DNA of 64,000 nt from Shigella phage JK36: the sequence record MK962754.1. One strand, written 5' to 3'. The first letter of the stretch is position 1. Each line of letters starts with the position of its first letter. The notes below the pieces were generated by a model that was given only the letters and a program-made list of their open reading frames with translations, did no database searches and was not told the DNA's origin. The position numbers and the translations under genes were made by a program. Positions 32,648 through 42,778 of the stretch are shown piece after piece.

Positions 32648-34140
32648 TATAAACCTGTCTGGGACCACGGTCCAAATACGTCTTCAAACGAATCCGCTTC
32701 TGTTTTATCAAAACGGAACCCTTTAATAATTGGGAGGAAAATACCTACAGTGCCTTCACGGCCTTTAGAATGAACCCAACCATTACATTCACAATCAGCG
32801 ATACGTCCAATTAATTTACCTTCACGAGCTTCGGTCATTAATCGTTCACGGTCTAAATCATGACGCTCGTCTAAAGGAATAAGAACCTTTACACCGTCAA
32901 CTGTTTTATGAGTTGTATCTTTAAAACCTGAACCGCAATCGGTTGTAATACGACGACAACGTGATACGAGTTCGACACCACCTAATTTGTTAGGGTCTTT
33001 AGAGTGTTCATAGTATCCTACAACTTCTAAAGCGATATCAATAACTTCTTTAAATTTAATTAGGTTCTTAGAACGTTTGTTTTCCCAATACGAATCACGG
33101 TTTTTAAGGATAATACCTTCAAGACCTTGGTCAACATATTTTTTATAAACCACTTTAGCTTCGTCAAGATTACGAACTAACTGATTTTCAATTGGCTCAA
33201 TTCGTTTAAAGCCTTCAGCCATATTTTCAAGAGCAGCAAAACGAACATCGTATTTCTGACCTTTAATTTTGCCATCAGAATAGACTTCATCTAAAGGAAC
33301 ATAGTCCCAGGCTTGAAGAACCATACCTTCAGCTTCTTTAGGAGAAATAGTCCCTTGAAGAGATTTATTTGCTAAACCGTTTGAAGTGCTACGGTCCGCA
33401 ACTTGTACTTCTTCGGATTCTTCATTATCACCAAATAAGAACGACAGGTCATTTCCTGAGCTCACAGCCTTTTTAATATCAAATGAATGGTAAACTAATT
33501 CACCGTCGATTAAAACCCCATTAGGGTGTCTTTCACGAGCTTCTTTAGTCATTTCCATTAGTTCATCCGCTAATAGAGTAAGACCATGATATTCATTGCC
33601 GGCACGAGAAAAGAATTGAACACCATCATCGCGAACTTCAGCGAAACAACGAGCACCATCTGCTTTTAATTGGGCAAATGCGGGCCATTTAATATTTTTA
33701 GTAATCAATTTCTCGTCATATGCAGATGCTAACATCTGTGGTTGCAATTGAATAAGTCCAGGCCACACCTTATTCGCGATAGACACTGAAGCACCTACTT
33801 CAAGGTCGCGCATCATTACACGACGAAGGACTTCTACATCATCAGGTTTACCATCAGCGATATAACCCATGAGCTCTTTAATTGCAGCATTACCAGTGAG
33901 TTTACGAGTGGCTAATGTGAACTCAATAAAATCCAACATGTCATCTAATTCAAGAAGACCATACGCTTGAGACCTTTCACCTGGTCCTGGCCATTTCTTA
34001 ATATAATACTGGATACCACGTGCATATGTTAAACGATACACACGTTCAAGTAATTTGTTGTCCTTATTTTTCTTAAGGATTTCCTGTTTTGTTTTAGTAG
34101 AACCGATCGCAGCTATTTGGTTTAAAATATCTAAAATCAT
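32647..34140 (-). CDS. 30: ATP-dependent DNA ligase gp30
   Basis: 497-aa ORF; N-terminus MILDILNQIAAIGSTKTKQEILKKNKDN and adenylation site KADGAR match my memory of T4 DNA ligase. Confidence 0.95.
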   Translation of the reverse strand: MILDILNQIAAIGSTKTKQEILKKNKDNKLLERVYRLTYARGIQYYIKKWPGPGERSQAYGLLELDDMLDFIEFTLATRKLTGNAAIKELMGYIADGKPDDVEVLRRVMMRDLEVGASVSIANKVWPGLIQLQPQMLASAYDEKLITKNIKWPAFAQLKADGARCFAEVRDDGVQFFSRAGNEYHGLTLLADELMEMTKEARERHPNGVLIDGELVYHSFDIKKAVSSGNDLSFLFGDNEESEEVQVADRSTSNGLANKSLQGTISPKEAEGMVLQAWDYVPLDEVYSDGKIKGQKYDVRFAALENMAEGFKRIEPIENQLVRNLDEAKVVYKKYVDQGLEGIILKNRDSYWENKRSKNLIKFKEVIDIALEVVGYYEHSKDPNKLGGVELVSRCRRITTDCGSGFKDTTHKTVDGVKVLIPLDERHDLDRERLMTEAREGKLIGRIADCECNGWVHSKGREGTVGIFLPIIKGFRFDKTEADSFEDVFGPWSQTGL

Positions 34141-34406
34141 TTGATGTCCTCGATTTTGGTTACGGTTCTATTATAAGCCACTTCATCTAGAAGCGATTTC
34201 AGCGTTTTCTGATAAGTTGTAATCCATTTACCGAGTCCTTCAACATAGTATTCTGAAATGTAGATGAACCCTTGTTCAACACACTCTTTAAATATTTCTG
34301 CGTCTTTTACTGAACGAAACAATGGCCAGTCTCGAAAGAACATGTTAACGTGACCGTAGTCACGTGTGGTATTTTTGCCATCTGTAATATCATGAACTAC
34401 AAACAT
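34137..34406 (-). CDS. hypothetical protein (89 aa; 30.1-like by position)
   Basis: ORF overlapping the ligase start by 4 nt. Confidence 0.6.
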   Translation of the reverse strand: MFVVHDITDGKNTTRDYGHVNMFFRDWPLFRSVKDAEIFKECVEQGFIYISEYYVEGLGKWITTYQKTLKSLLDEVAYNRTVTKIEDIK

Positions 34407-34415
34407 AATTAACCC

Positions 34416-35240
34416 TTAACAATTTATAGACCAAGTCCATTTAGACGAATCTAAAGGAAAGTTTTGAATCGTCCACCACGGCTGCATATCAGTTGGTCCT
34501 TGGGTTCGCCAGGTGTATGGAGTACGTGTTGTCGAGGGGCCACCAATTTGATTGGGCCATGCACCTGGACTTGTTGCACCAGATTCTTTAAGCAAATCCG
34601 CCAATCGTTTTAAAAGGTCTTCACGATCTGAATCTGAATTATTCTTAGGCAGAACCAAACGAGATTCAATATCATCCCACGTGTGTACACGTTGTGCAGT
34701 ACGAGGAATGGCATCACGTTCACCACGAGCCAACCAATAAATCGGTACATTAAGAATTTCTGCCGCATGGTCACAATGATGAGCTAAATCGTCAACGTAA
34801 CAAATTACGTTATATTTTGTTTTAGCTAGTTCGAATAATTGTTCCTTTGAAGAATCATGACCACACATCATTACTTCAGAGAAAGCGCCTGGGAACAAAG
34901 CATTCAAATTAAATTGTCTATTCAATCGAGCATCAATTGAATCACCTAGCGCCGTCACGGCTACAAAATTATAGTCTTCTTTTAGTTTATTGATAACTCG
35001 AAGAGCATCAGAATAAGGCGCTAAGTAACGAATAAAATCAGAGCTATTATATTTTTCTATTAATTGTTTACCAAGGTTATCGTCGGTATTGAACAGTTTA
35101 CCAGGAGAAATAAATTTTTCGTCCTGAATCATTTTTAAAATATGTTCTAATGGAAGGTTATATTTTTGGGCAAAATAAGGAAGTCCAGATTGCCAGCTTA
35201 AACATACACCATCAATATCAGTCAAAATAGTAGGCTTCAT
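34416..35240 (-). CDS. HAD-superfamily phosphatase-like protein (30.2-like by position)
   Basis: 274-aa ORF with N-terminal HAD motif I (LTDIDGV); Pro/Thr/Trp-rich C-terminal tail. Confidence 0.6.
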   Translation of the reverse strand: MKPTILTDIDGVCLSWQSGLPYFAQKYNLPLEHILKMIQDEKFISPGKLFNTDDNLGKQLIEKYNSSDFIRYLAPYSDALRVINKLKEDYNFVAVTALGDSIDARLNRQFNLNALFPGAFSEVMMCGHDSSKEQLFELAKTKYNVICYVDDLAHHCDHAAEILNVPIYWLARGERDAIPRTAQRVHTWDDIESRLVLPKNNSDSDREDLLKRLADLLKESGATSPGAWPNQIGGPSTTRTPYTWRTQGPTDMQPWWTIQNFPLDSSKWTWSINC

Positions 35241-35695
35241 AAAGAGTCTCTTAATAGGTTTAACACGTCAATAAATTCATCTTCAGTTAGTATTGTATCA
35301 TCTTTTGTTAGGTGGCTGGCCATGCTGTGCTTCAAAATTTTTCCTTTAGAGGCTTGTAAGGCATCACGAAACCCCTTGTTTTGGATCGCGGCTTCAAAAT
35401 ATGCATTTGTGTATAATTCTTTCCACGCTTCGGAGTATCTTGAAAATGGAACTCCTAACCAGAAGAGAGTCCCACGGTCCTGAGCTCTTGCGTAAGACCT
35501 TCCAGCTTGCTGTGCAGCCAATCCAGACAACCCAAATATACGTCTTTGTTGTTCAACATTTTTCACCTTACATCCTTGGAGAAATCCTTCAAGACCTCCG
35601 AATTGAATACCATCCATAACAAAAGGCCATTGAGCAAAGTTACTTAATGCACATGACGGCCATTTGAAATTACTTCTTATTTCTAATTCAGACAT
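35237..35695 (-). CDS. hypothetical protein (152 aa)
   Basis: ORF-track start 35704 is GTG; first ATG at 35695 (MSELEI...). Confidence 0.55.
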   Translation of the reverse strand: MSELEIRSNFKWPSCALSNFAQWPFVMDGIQFGGLEGFLQGCKVKNVEQQRRIFGLSGLAAQQAGRSYARAQDRGTLFWLGVPFSRYSEAWKELYTNAYFEAAIQNKGFRDALQASKGKILKHSMASHLTKDDTILTEDEFIDVLNLLRDSL

Positions 35696-35906
35696 CTTTA
35701 ACACTTATAATTTCAACATCAGCCCAATGTCCGTATCCAGGTATACGGTCTTCGATAGATAAATTTCTGTCATTTTTAGGCATTTTAATTGACGTAACGT
35801 ATGGTTCTAAACGGTTTTCCGCGTAATATGGAAAAACGTCGGTTACACGATAAGTAACTTCAATCATTTCCGTACCAAACAATTTCTGGATTAATTTATT
35901 CAACAT
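35688..35906 (-). CDS. hypothetical protein (72 aa)
   Basis: Compact ORF in the operon-like minus-strand array, overlapping neighbours by a few nt. Confidence 0.5.
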   Translation of the reverse strand: MLNKLIQKLFGTEMIEVTYRVTDVFPYYAENRLEPYVTSIKMPKNDRNLSIEDRIPGYGHWADVEIISVKDV

Positions 35907-36093
35907 GTTTCAACCCTTTAATAGGAGATAACTCTTTACCCATACGTATGTCAGAAGTCCCATCAACCCATTGAACAGCATACGCTTCATTGATAATTCC
36001 AGCGGCAGTTTTAAATTCGTTGAGAACTTTAAAAATCATCCCAGGGATTCCAACACCTTTTAATTGGACTGTTTGTGCTATTAAAAATTTCAT
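35896..36093 (-). CDS. hypothetical protein (65 aa)
   Basis: Compact ORF in the same array. Confidence 0.5.
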   Translation of the reverse strand: MKFLIAQTVQLKGVGIPGMIFKVLNEFKTAAGIINEAYAVQWVDGTSDIRMGKELSPIKGLKHVE

Positions 36094-36147
36094 ATTTTTC
36101 CACTTACTAAAGAAATCATTATACTCTAATCCGTCCTTGGATGTACA

Positions 36148-36762
36148 CTACTTAATGAAATTAATTTCTACCGGATGAACAACAGGTTGAGCAGTGATAT
36201 ATTGAGTAATTGCTTTCATGACTAGAGCTTCAGAACCAGGATTTTTCTCAACGAATTCACGTGCTAGGTTATGAGCTTCGAGTTCACTCAATAAACCAGA
36301 ACGCTGGCATCCACGGTCTTGAGTACCCTGTTCAGATAAAAGGACTACTACATATTTTTCATCGTCGTAGGGCTTAGCCAGTTGAGCAAATGTTCCTTTA
36401 CTTCCAAAAGGAGAGTTATGTCGCCACATCACGCCGTGAGGAGTTTCAACCTTCGTATATTCGTGCGGTCCATTTTTCTTAGTTTCTTGATGTGGAACTT
36501 CATAGACCTTAGGGTTAGGACATTCAATAAAATGCTCATCTAAATCGGTCGAGAATATTAAAGTAAAACAATTACTGAATTTACCAACACCGGCCTGATA
36601 AATTTTACCTTCAGAAGTTCTAATTTCACAAACTGAGCCGGCATCAGTAACTTCTAAAACTTCAAAAGGCTCAATAAGGTCATATGAGAACATGTTTTTA
36701 AGGCGTGGAGTAATATCCCCATTTTTAAAATTCATTTTATAAAAAGTATTAACTTTAAACAT
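36148..36762 (-). CDS. hypothetical protein (204 aa)
   Basis: ORF-track N-terminus (MGAEAPTEEI) is read-through of the hairpin at 36775..36790; ATG at 36762 preceded by GAGGAAA. Confidence 0.6.
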   Translation of the reverse strand: MFKVNTFYKMNFKNGDITPRLKNMFSYDLIEPFEVLEVTDAGSVCEIRTSEGKIYQAGVGKFSNCFTLIFSTDLDEHFIECPNPKVYEVPHQETKKNGPHEYTKVETPHGVMWRHNSPFGSKGTFAQLAKPYDDEKYVVVLLSEQGTQDRGCQRSGLLSELEAHNLAREFVEKNPGSEALVMKAITQYITAQPVVHPVEINFIK

Positions 36763-36797
36763 AATTTCCTCAGTGGGAGCTTCGGCTCCCAATTAAT

Positions 36798-37163
36798 TTA
36801 GATATCAAATTCGTTAAGAACTACATCAAAGATTGCTTCAAGATGTTCAGGTTTAGCTCGGTTACTCAGGATATGACGAATCCAAGTTTTAACCAGAAGT
36901 TTACGATTAACACCATTCCAGCAAGGATGAGTACCTAAATCACGCTGACGGAAATCATCATCTAATGCAATTTTAAAATTTGAACCTTCCATCGTGATTG
37001 AAACCGTGATACCATTTTCAAATCGCATATAAACGTAATTAGGAGTCATGCACTGTTCGATTTCACAAACTGTACCGTTTTCGTGTTTCCATAAGCAAAT
37101 AACTTCAGAAGAACCAGCAATACCGTTAGAAACATATTTACGTTCGAAGTTGGTGTAGTTCAT
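36798..37163 (-). CDS. hypothetical protein (121 aa), contains CMTP motif
   Basis: ORF with early-type promoter at 37205..37233. Confidence 0.6.
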   Translation of the reverse strand: MNYTNFERKYVSNGIAGSSEVICLWKHENGTVCEIEQCMTPNYVYMRFENGITVSITMEGSNFKIALDDDFRQRDLGTHPCWNGVNRKLLVKTWIRHILSNRAKPEHLEAIFDVVLNEFDI

Positions 37164-37204
37164 TTTATTCTCCAGATGTTTAAGTTGTTTGTTGGTACAG
37201 GTCT

Positions 37205-37233
37205 ATAATAACATAACCTGTACCAAAGTAAAC
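37205..37233 (-). promoter_or_regulatory. early-type promoter (minus: GTTTAC-N17-TATTAT)
   Basis: Reverse complement reads caGTTTACtttggtacaggttatgtTATTATAGAC. Confidence 0.55.
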
Positions 37234-37237
37234 TGTT

Positions 37238-37606
37238 TTATGCAACTTTAATCCAATTGTCTAAATTTAAAACACCTTTGGCTTTCATTTTTTCGATCAG
37301 GTTATCTGCGGTAATGCGTCCATTTTGATACCATGTAACATCTTCAGAGTAACCAGTTTCTTCGTCAACATATGTTTCTGAACGAATTTTACCGGTAATA
37401 ATAGTTTTTAATTCGTATGTGTCACCTGTGAAAAAGTTTGCTAACACAATTTTCCAAGAGAAATCATCAGAAGGACCTTCAGGGGTCATACAACCTACGA
37501 ACTCAAATTGCTCTTTGTATAACATCCACTGGAATTCTTTAATTTCGATAGCTTTATAACCATCATGGTCTTTACATTTGATGTATGAGTTCAGATTGAT
37601 TTTCAT
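37238..37606 (-). CDS. hypothetical protein (122 aa), contains CMTP motif
   Basis: ORF with early-type promoter at 37649..37677. Confidence 0.6.
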   Translation of the reverse strand: MKINLNSYIKCKDHDGYKAIEIKEFQWMLYKEQFEFVGCMTPEGPSDDFSWKIVLANFFTGDTYELKTIITGKIRSETYVDEETGYSEDVTWYQNGRITADNLIEKMKAKGVLNLDNWIKVA

Positions 37607-37648
37607 TTTGTTCTCCAGGTTGTTTTATTGATTAGGTGGTACAAGTCT

Positions 37649-37677
37649 ATAGTAACACATCCTACAGGAGAGTAAAC
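37649..37677 (-). promoter_or_regulatory. early-type promoter (minus: GTTTAC-N17-TACTAT)
   Basis: Reverse complement reads atGTTTACtctcctgtaggatgtgtTACTATAGAC. Confidence 0.55.
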
Positions 37678-37713
37678 ATCTTTTTAAACTTTTTCCGCCC
37701 TAAACGCACAAAA

Positions 37714-37731
37714 GGGAGACCGAAGTCTCCC
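37714..37731 (-). terminator. terminator hairpin (minus-strand RNA GGGAGAC-UUCG-GUCUCCC plus U-run)
   Basis: Identical 18-mer to the hairpins at 14626, 51611 and 59937; followed on minus strand by TTTTGTG; directly after the 59-aa ORF stop. Confidence 0.7.
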
Positions 37732-37736
37732 TAAAA

Positions 37737-37916
37737 TTATGCAACAACCTTTCCAAAACGAGAAGCATCATCTCGAAGAACTGCACGTGCTCTGCGCATG
37801 ATCTTCTCAACTGTTTGATTAATACGAGAGTTCGACCCACGCTTGTATCCAGCGCGTTTAGAGGTACCATCAACTTTCTTTTCAACTGCTTTCTTTGCTT
37901 TAGCTTGTTTTGCCAT
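37737..37916 (-). CDS. hypothetical small basic protein (59 aa; MAKQAKAKKAVEKK...)
   Basis: Below ORF-track cutoff; ATG at 37916, Lys/Arg-rich, stop immediately before the terminator hairpin; the overlapping 61-aa track ORF (37700..37885) would run through that hairpin and is less plausible. Confidence 0.45.
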   Translation of the reverse strand: MAKQAKAKKAVEKKVDGTSKRAGYKRGSNSRINQTVEKIMRRARAVLRDDASRFGKVVA

Positions 37917-38211
37917 TATAAATTCTCTTTAAATGAAAATGCAGGACTTATTGACATTGCCTGCGCAAGCCCTCAAGGGGAACATAGGTTTTGGATATTT
38001 AACGACAGGATAACCATAAACCCGTCATCATACCAACCACGACTTAGACAGATAACCTTTTTCTGACGCGTGATAGTACAAAATACATTCAAGAGGTACA
38101 CCGTAAAACTGCCGGGGCCTTAAAACTATAATGATTCGCAAATCATTAATCAGACAGTTCGACGGCTCCTCGATTTTCTAGCCGCACTTAAGGTAGCGAA
38201 TCACCTAAAAC

Positions 38212-38460
38212 TTATTTAAGGGTAATAACAAAATGACGTACTGCTTTACGAGCTGCAGAAGCCAAAGGCTTAGCATATTTCAGTTCATCTTTTGCTTCCA
38301 GTTCAGAAGCCAAAGCTGCCTGTACCGGGTTCAGATGTTTGAAATAATGCAGGATTTCCAGTGCTTCGGCTTCAACATCAATCGACGCGCCGTAGTTTTC
38401 GTGACCGTTATTCCATGCGTTTCGTTGCAGTTCAAGAGCGTGTTGTAATTGTTTAATCAT
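38212..38460 (-). CDS. rIII: rIII lysis-inhibition accessory protein
   Basis: 82-aa ORF matching my memory of T4 rIII along its whole length (MIKQLQHALELQRNAWNNGHENYGASIDVEAEALEIL...). Confidence 0.9.
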   Translation of the reverse strand: MIKQLQHALELQRNAWNNGHENYGASIDVEAEALEILHYFKHLNPVQAALASELEAKDELKYAKPLASAARKAVRHFVITLK

Positions 38461-38576
38461 TTTAAATTCTCAATTCGAGATAATATTTAGTAGCCACGTT
38501 CGTCTGAATTTCACCTTCTTTCGACAAGTCTCTCAGTTGTAGGCTACCGCTTAGAAGAGTGTTCTCTTCATATAGT

Positions 38577-38584
38577 TATTTATA
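38577..38584 (-). promoter_or_regulatory. candidate late promoter box (TATAAATA on minus strand) upstream of rIII
   Basis: Plus-strand TATTTATA abutting the gene 31 stop; assignment is inference. Confidence 0.3.
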
Positions 38585-38917
38585 TCACTTATAAAGACAC
38601 GGAATAGCTTTATAGTGGCATGTTACGAATTTCTGTTTAATTTCTTTAGGTTGTTTAAGTCCCAAAGCCACAAATGGATGTGGAACATTTCGAATTTGTC
38701 CAACTGGTAGTGGAGTCAAATCACCGACTTCAACAAAACCTTCAGGAACATCAGGACCTACAGAATGAACTACACATAGTTCAGGAACTTCACCTTGAAC
38801 ACGTTTACCAATCACAAGTCCTGATTCGGTAACTTCTTCATCACCTGCTTGAGCGGGTTCAGAAACCAGAATGACATATTCACCAACAGCACGAATTGGG
38901 AGTTGTACTTCAGACAT
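38585..38917 (-). CDS. 31: co-chaperonin gp31 (GroES functional analogue)
   Basis: 110-aa ORF; sequence [29 protein letters not shown]... matches my memory of T4 gp31. Confidence 0.9.
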   Translation of the reverse strand: MSEVQLPIRAVGEYVILVSEPAQAGDEEVTESGLVIGKRVQGEVPELCVVHSVGPDVPEGFVEVGDLTPLPVGQIRNVPHPFVALGLKQPKEIKQKFVTCHYKAIPCLYK

Positions 38918-38947
38918 CTTATTTCCTTGTTGTTTGACGATAGATTA

Positions 38948-38972
38948 ATAATATCATACTAGTCGTAAAGCA
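38948..38972 (-). promoter_or_regulatory. middle-type promoter (MotA-box-like TGCTTTA, 12-nt spacer, TATTAT) upstream of gene 31
   Basis: Reverse complement reads taATATGCTTTAcgactagtatgaTATTAT; shares TAATATGCTTTAC with the rnlB promoter. Confidence 0.5.
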
Positions 38973-38974
38973 TA

Positions 38975-39271
38975 TTACATAAGAAGCAAACGTTCTACCG
39001 GAGTACCATCAACCGAAATTACTTTATCAAGGCGGAAAGAACGCCACTGACCTAACTTGGTATCGAATGCTCGAACTGATTCACGAGGTTCATAACGAAC
39101 TTCTGTTGCCGGATTGTTATTTTCATATTTGACTTCAAGTTCATCGCGCGAAGCAAACATAGTGCGTACCTCACCGTTAGCCTTTTCAAATACAACACAA
39201 TGAACGCCTACAGACAGAATAGTTTTAATACGTTCACGAAGAACCATAGTTTCTTGTTCAGTTAAAATCAT
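38975..39271 (-). CDS. hypothetical protein (98 aa)
   Basis: ORF-track start 39283 is GTG inside cd; first ATG at 39271, one nt after the cd stop. Confidence 0.55.
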   Translation of the reverse strand: MILTEQETMVLRERIKTILSVGVHCVVFEKANGEVRTMFASRDELEVKYENNNPATEVRYEPRESVRAFDTKLGQWRSFRLDKVISVDGTPVERLLLM

Positions 39272-39272
39272 A

Positions 39273-39854
39273 TTATTCACCACAAAAGTTTCGGATTTGT
39301 TCCCAATTCAGAGAACGAAGATTATTACGAGAGTACTGAATTACTTCAATACCGGCTTGTTTTAGAATGTCTGCCCAATTTTCAGGAGATCTGTCATATA
39401 ATTCTGCGTATACAACCTTTTTAATACCTGACTGTGTAATAGCTTTAGTGCAATCAGGACACGGAGAAAGCGTCGTATATAACGTAGCACCTTCAATAGA
39501 ATTACCTTTGCGAGCAGCAAACAAAATGGCATTTAATTCAGCATGGATTTCGTTATTAGCAGACCATGCACTATGAGCGGCCCGATGTTCTTTAGCCAAA
39601 ACAAAATTATCCACCCGTCCAAATGCTGTAGTGCCTTCTTTATGCCCAGCAACGATGACCGGGCTTGGTTTATTCTTCAACCAACCGTTTTCGGATGCAT
39701 GTTCGCAACAGTTTGTACCACCTGAAGGAGAGCCATTATAACCTGTAGAAATAATGCGTCCATCTTTTTCAATGACGGCGCCAACTTTCCATGAACAACA
39801 TTTTGATTCTTGAGAAATCAGATAAGCAATCTGAAGATATGTGCTAGCTTTCAT
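39273..39854 (-). CDS. cd: dCMP deaminase
   Basis: 193-aa ORF with zinc-binding deaminase motifs HAELNA and PCPDC. Confidence 0.9.
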   Translation of the reverse strand: MKASTYLQIAYLISQESKCCSWKVGAVIEKDGRIISTGYNGSPSGGTNCCEHASENGWLKNKPSPVIVAGHKEGTTAFGRVDNFVLAKEHRAAHSAWSANNEIHAELNAILFAARKGNSIEGATLYTTLSPCPDCTKAITQSGIKKVVYAELYDRSPENWADILKQAGIEVIQYSRNNLRSLNWEQIRNFCGE

Positions 39855-40090
39855 TATAGTGTTCCGTATACACGAGTTGCTTCAACTAAACCGTCACTGC
39901 CTAATTTAAGGCTAGTAATCTGGTCACCATCTTTAGGATTAACAATTATGAGAAAAGAACGTGGAGATTCTTGAATAACACGTAATGTTGCATCTTGGAA
40001 ACGTTCAGACACTTTATTGATAAGTGCTTGAGCAAATTCTTTTACTTTAATCTGAAATTCGTGCACTGTAATTGGGTTTTCACTTAGCAT
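39854..40090 (-). CDS. hypothetical protein (78 aa)
   Basis: ATG at 40090 with early-type promoter at 40117..40146. Confidence 0.55.
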   Translation of the reverse strand: MLSENPITVHEFQIKVKEFAQALINKVSERFQDATLRVIQESPRSFLIIVNPKDGDQITSLKLGSDGLVEATRVYGTL

Positions 40091-40116
40091 TTCGATTTCC
40101 TCATTTTGGTAGAGTC

Positions 40117-40146
40117 ATCATATCACAACTCCACCAGGTTGTAAAC
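40117..40146 (-). promoter_or_regulatory. early-type promoter (minus: GTTTAC-N18-TATGAT)
   Basis: Reverse complement reads tgGTTTACaacctggtggagttgtgaTATGAT. Confidence 0.5.
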
Positions 40147-40148
40147 CA

Positions 40149-40424
40149 TTAAATTGCTTTGCATTCAATTTTTTGTGTACCGAAATTGATATCACATTGG
40201 ATAACTAAATCGCCGTCAAGATCAAATACCACGATGACGTGTGCAGACCCAGGGAGAAGAGTAATAGCAATAGAATCTACTTGGTCTGGGAGCAAAGCAT
40301 TGAGTACATGAGTTACTTGAGCATGAACTCTGAGTTCGGCTGCATTATCAAGCACTTCAAACATATTATTAGCAATAATCTGACTGAAGACTACCTTTAC
40401 AATTTCAGAATAAGTTGGGAACAT
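40149..40424 (-). CDS. hypothetical protein (91 aa)
   Basis: Compact ORF in the cd-pseT array. Confidence 0.5.
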   Translation of the reverse strand: MFPTYSEIVKVVFSQIIANNMFEVLDNAAELRVHAQVTHVLNALLPDQVDSIAITLLPGSAHVIVVFDLDGDLVIQCDINFGTQKIECKAI

Positions 40425-40431
40425 AATTACC

Positions 40432-40656
40432 TCAGTGCACAGTATTTACTTTAACTCGAACAACAAATCGCTCGGTTGGTTCACCTACAGGAACAAACTC
40501 TACATGATATTCACCTTTGTAACGAGTATTCAGATCATTACGAATTCCTGCGAGTTTGTTGATTAATGTAGGACTCATATTAAGTCCCACTAGTTTACGA
40601 AGCATTTTGTATGCTTCATCTTCGATTTCATGATGTTTATCGTACATAGTTTTCAT
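40432..40656 (-). CDS. hypothetical protein (74 aa)
   Basis: Compact ORF in the cd-pseT array. Confidence 0.5.
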   Translation of the reverse strand: MKTMYDKHHEIEDEAYKMLRKLVGLNMSPTLINKLAGIRNDLNTRYKGEYHVEFVPVGEPTERFVVRVKVNTVH

Positions 40657-40828
40657 TTAACCATTCAATTGCCTGGTCGACGTTATCAAATATACCGCCG
40701 TCCAAACGTTCTTCATGCTCATAGTCCAGCACATCAATACCGAACTGTCCATTTACTAAAGGCCAGGCAACAAACAAATATTCTTTATGCTGTTCGATGG
40801 CCTCAATCACTTCATATAATCGTTTCAT
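40637..40828 (-). CDS. hypothetical protein (63 aa)
   Basis: Compact ORF immediately downstream of pseT. Confidence 0.5.
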   Translation of the reverse strand: MKRLYEVIEAIEQHKEYLFVAWPLVNGQFGIDVLDYEHEERLDGGIFDNVDQAIEWLNENYVR

Positions 40829-41915
<1,087 letters not shown>

Positions 41916-41916
<1 letters not shown>

Positions 41917-42215
41917 TATTTTATTCCTAAGAAAATTTCAAGAATACGAATGTTATGCTCGCGCCGGTCTTTATTAATTTCAGCAACGTTTTTATTAATT
42001 GACGTACTTCTAACGTTTGAAGAAATAAATTTAATCATATGACTTTTGAGTTGTTGCAAATCCAACCCTTTTTCTTTAGCAGCTTTACGAAGAGCTTTAC
42101 CTGCTTCATCTAGTGCCTTTGCTGCATCTTTGTCATAATTGCCAAGTGACATTCCACGACAGATATCAATATACTCATCAGACCGTTTGATGTAATTCTC
42201 TAGTAATGTTTTCAT
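41916..42215 (-). CDS. hypothetical protein (99 aa)
   Basis: ORF with early-type promoter at 42244..42273. Confidence 0.55.
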
Positions 42216-42243
42216 TTAGATTTCCTCAATTATCCATAGGAGC

Positions 42244-42273
42244 ATTATACTCTGCTCCTGAGAGTTTGTAAAC
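42244..42273 (-). promoter_or_regulatory. early-type promoter (minus: TTTACA-N18-TATAAT)
   Basis: Reverse complement reads agTTTACAaactctcaggagcagagTATAAT. Confidence 0.5.
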
Positions 42274-42497
42274 TATTTTACTAAAGATTCAATATACTCG
42301 TGAAGAGCTTTAGTCGCTACTGCCCACTTATTCTGATATTCATTTTTCAGATTAGCACGAGACTGAACTAACAATCGGTCATTAGTCGGAGGCAAAGATT
42401 CTAATCGTTGAATCTGGCGCCCATAAATCATAGCCGCCATTTCAGATTCATAGATAAGCCCTTTAATGTATTCATGCTGTTCTTTAGTCATTGGCAT
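42273..42497 (-). CDS. hypothetical protein (74 aa)
   Basis: ORF directly downstream of the spanin pair. Confidence 0.5.
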   Translation of the reverse strand: MPMTKEQHEYIKGLIYESEMAAMIYGRQIQRLESLPPTNDRLLVQSRANLKNEYQNKWAVATKALHEYIESLVK

Positions 42498-42778
42498 TTT
42501 TCCTCTTTTAAACCACTACGATAATAACATACCATAGTCTTCTGGTCATGTATATATCTTTTTACGTCGTTTAACCAGATACGAAATTCTTGAGAGTCTT
42601 CAAATGGCATTCCAACCCACGGATTACCATCAATAACCTTTACTTGCCATTTCTGGTTGTATTCGGAAATAGGCGTAGGCCATGAAGGATGTAAAGTTTC
42701 TTTAGGGCTTACTGGCACATCCTGAGTACATCCAACTAGGAGACCAATAGATAATACAGCCACAGTTAATTTAATCAT
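42488..42778 (-). CDS. outer-membrane spanin-like lipoprotein (o-spanin candidate)
   Basis: 96-aa ORF with signal peptide and lipobox (LLVGC); start overlaps the preceding membrane-protein ORF; T4 spanins lie between alc and pseT. Confidence 0.65.
   Translation of the reverse strand: MIKLTVAVLSIGLLVGCTQDVPVSPKETLHPSWPTPISEYNQKWQVKVIDGNPWVGMPFEDSQEFRIWLNDVKRYIHDQKTMVCYYRSGLKEEKCQ

Noticed and set aside
37700-37885. 61-aa minus-strand ORF from the ORF track
   Set aside because: It would be translated through the terminator hairpin at 37714..37731 and overlaps, out of frame, a 59-aa basic ORF that stops cleanly before the hairpin; I favour the 59-aa ORF, with low confidence.
37917-38211. tRNA gene or retron-like ncRNA in the long noncoding gap
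   Set aside because: I could not fold a cloverleaf with acceptor and anticodon arms by eye, and there is no reverse transcriptase gene nearby; this remains a regulatory or structured-RNA candidate only.
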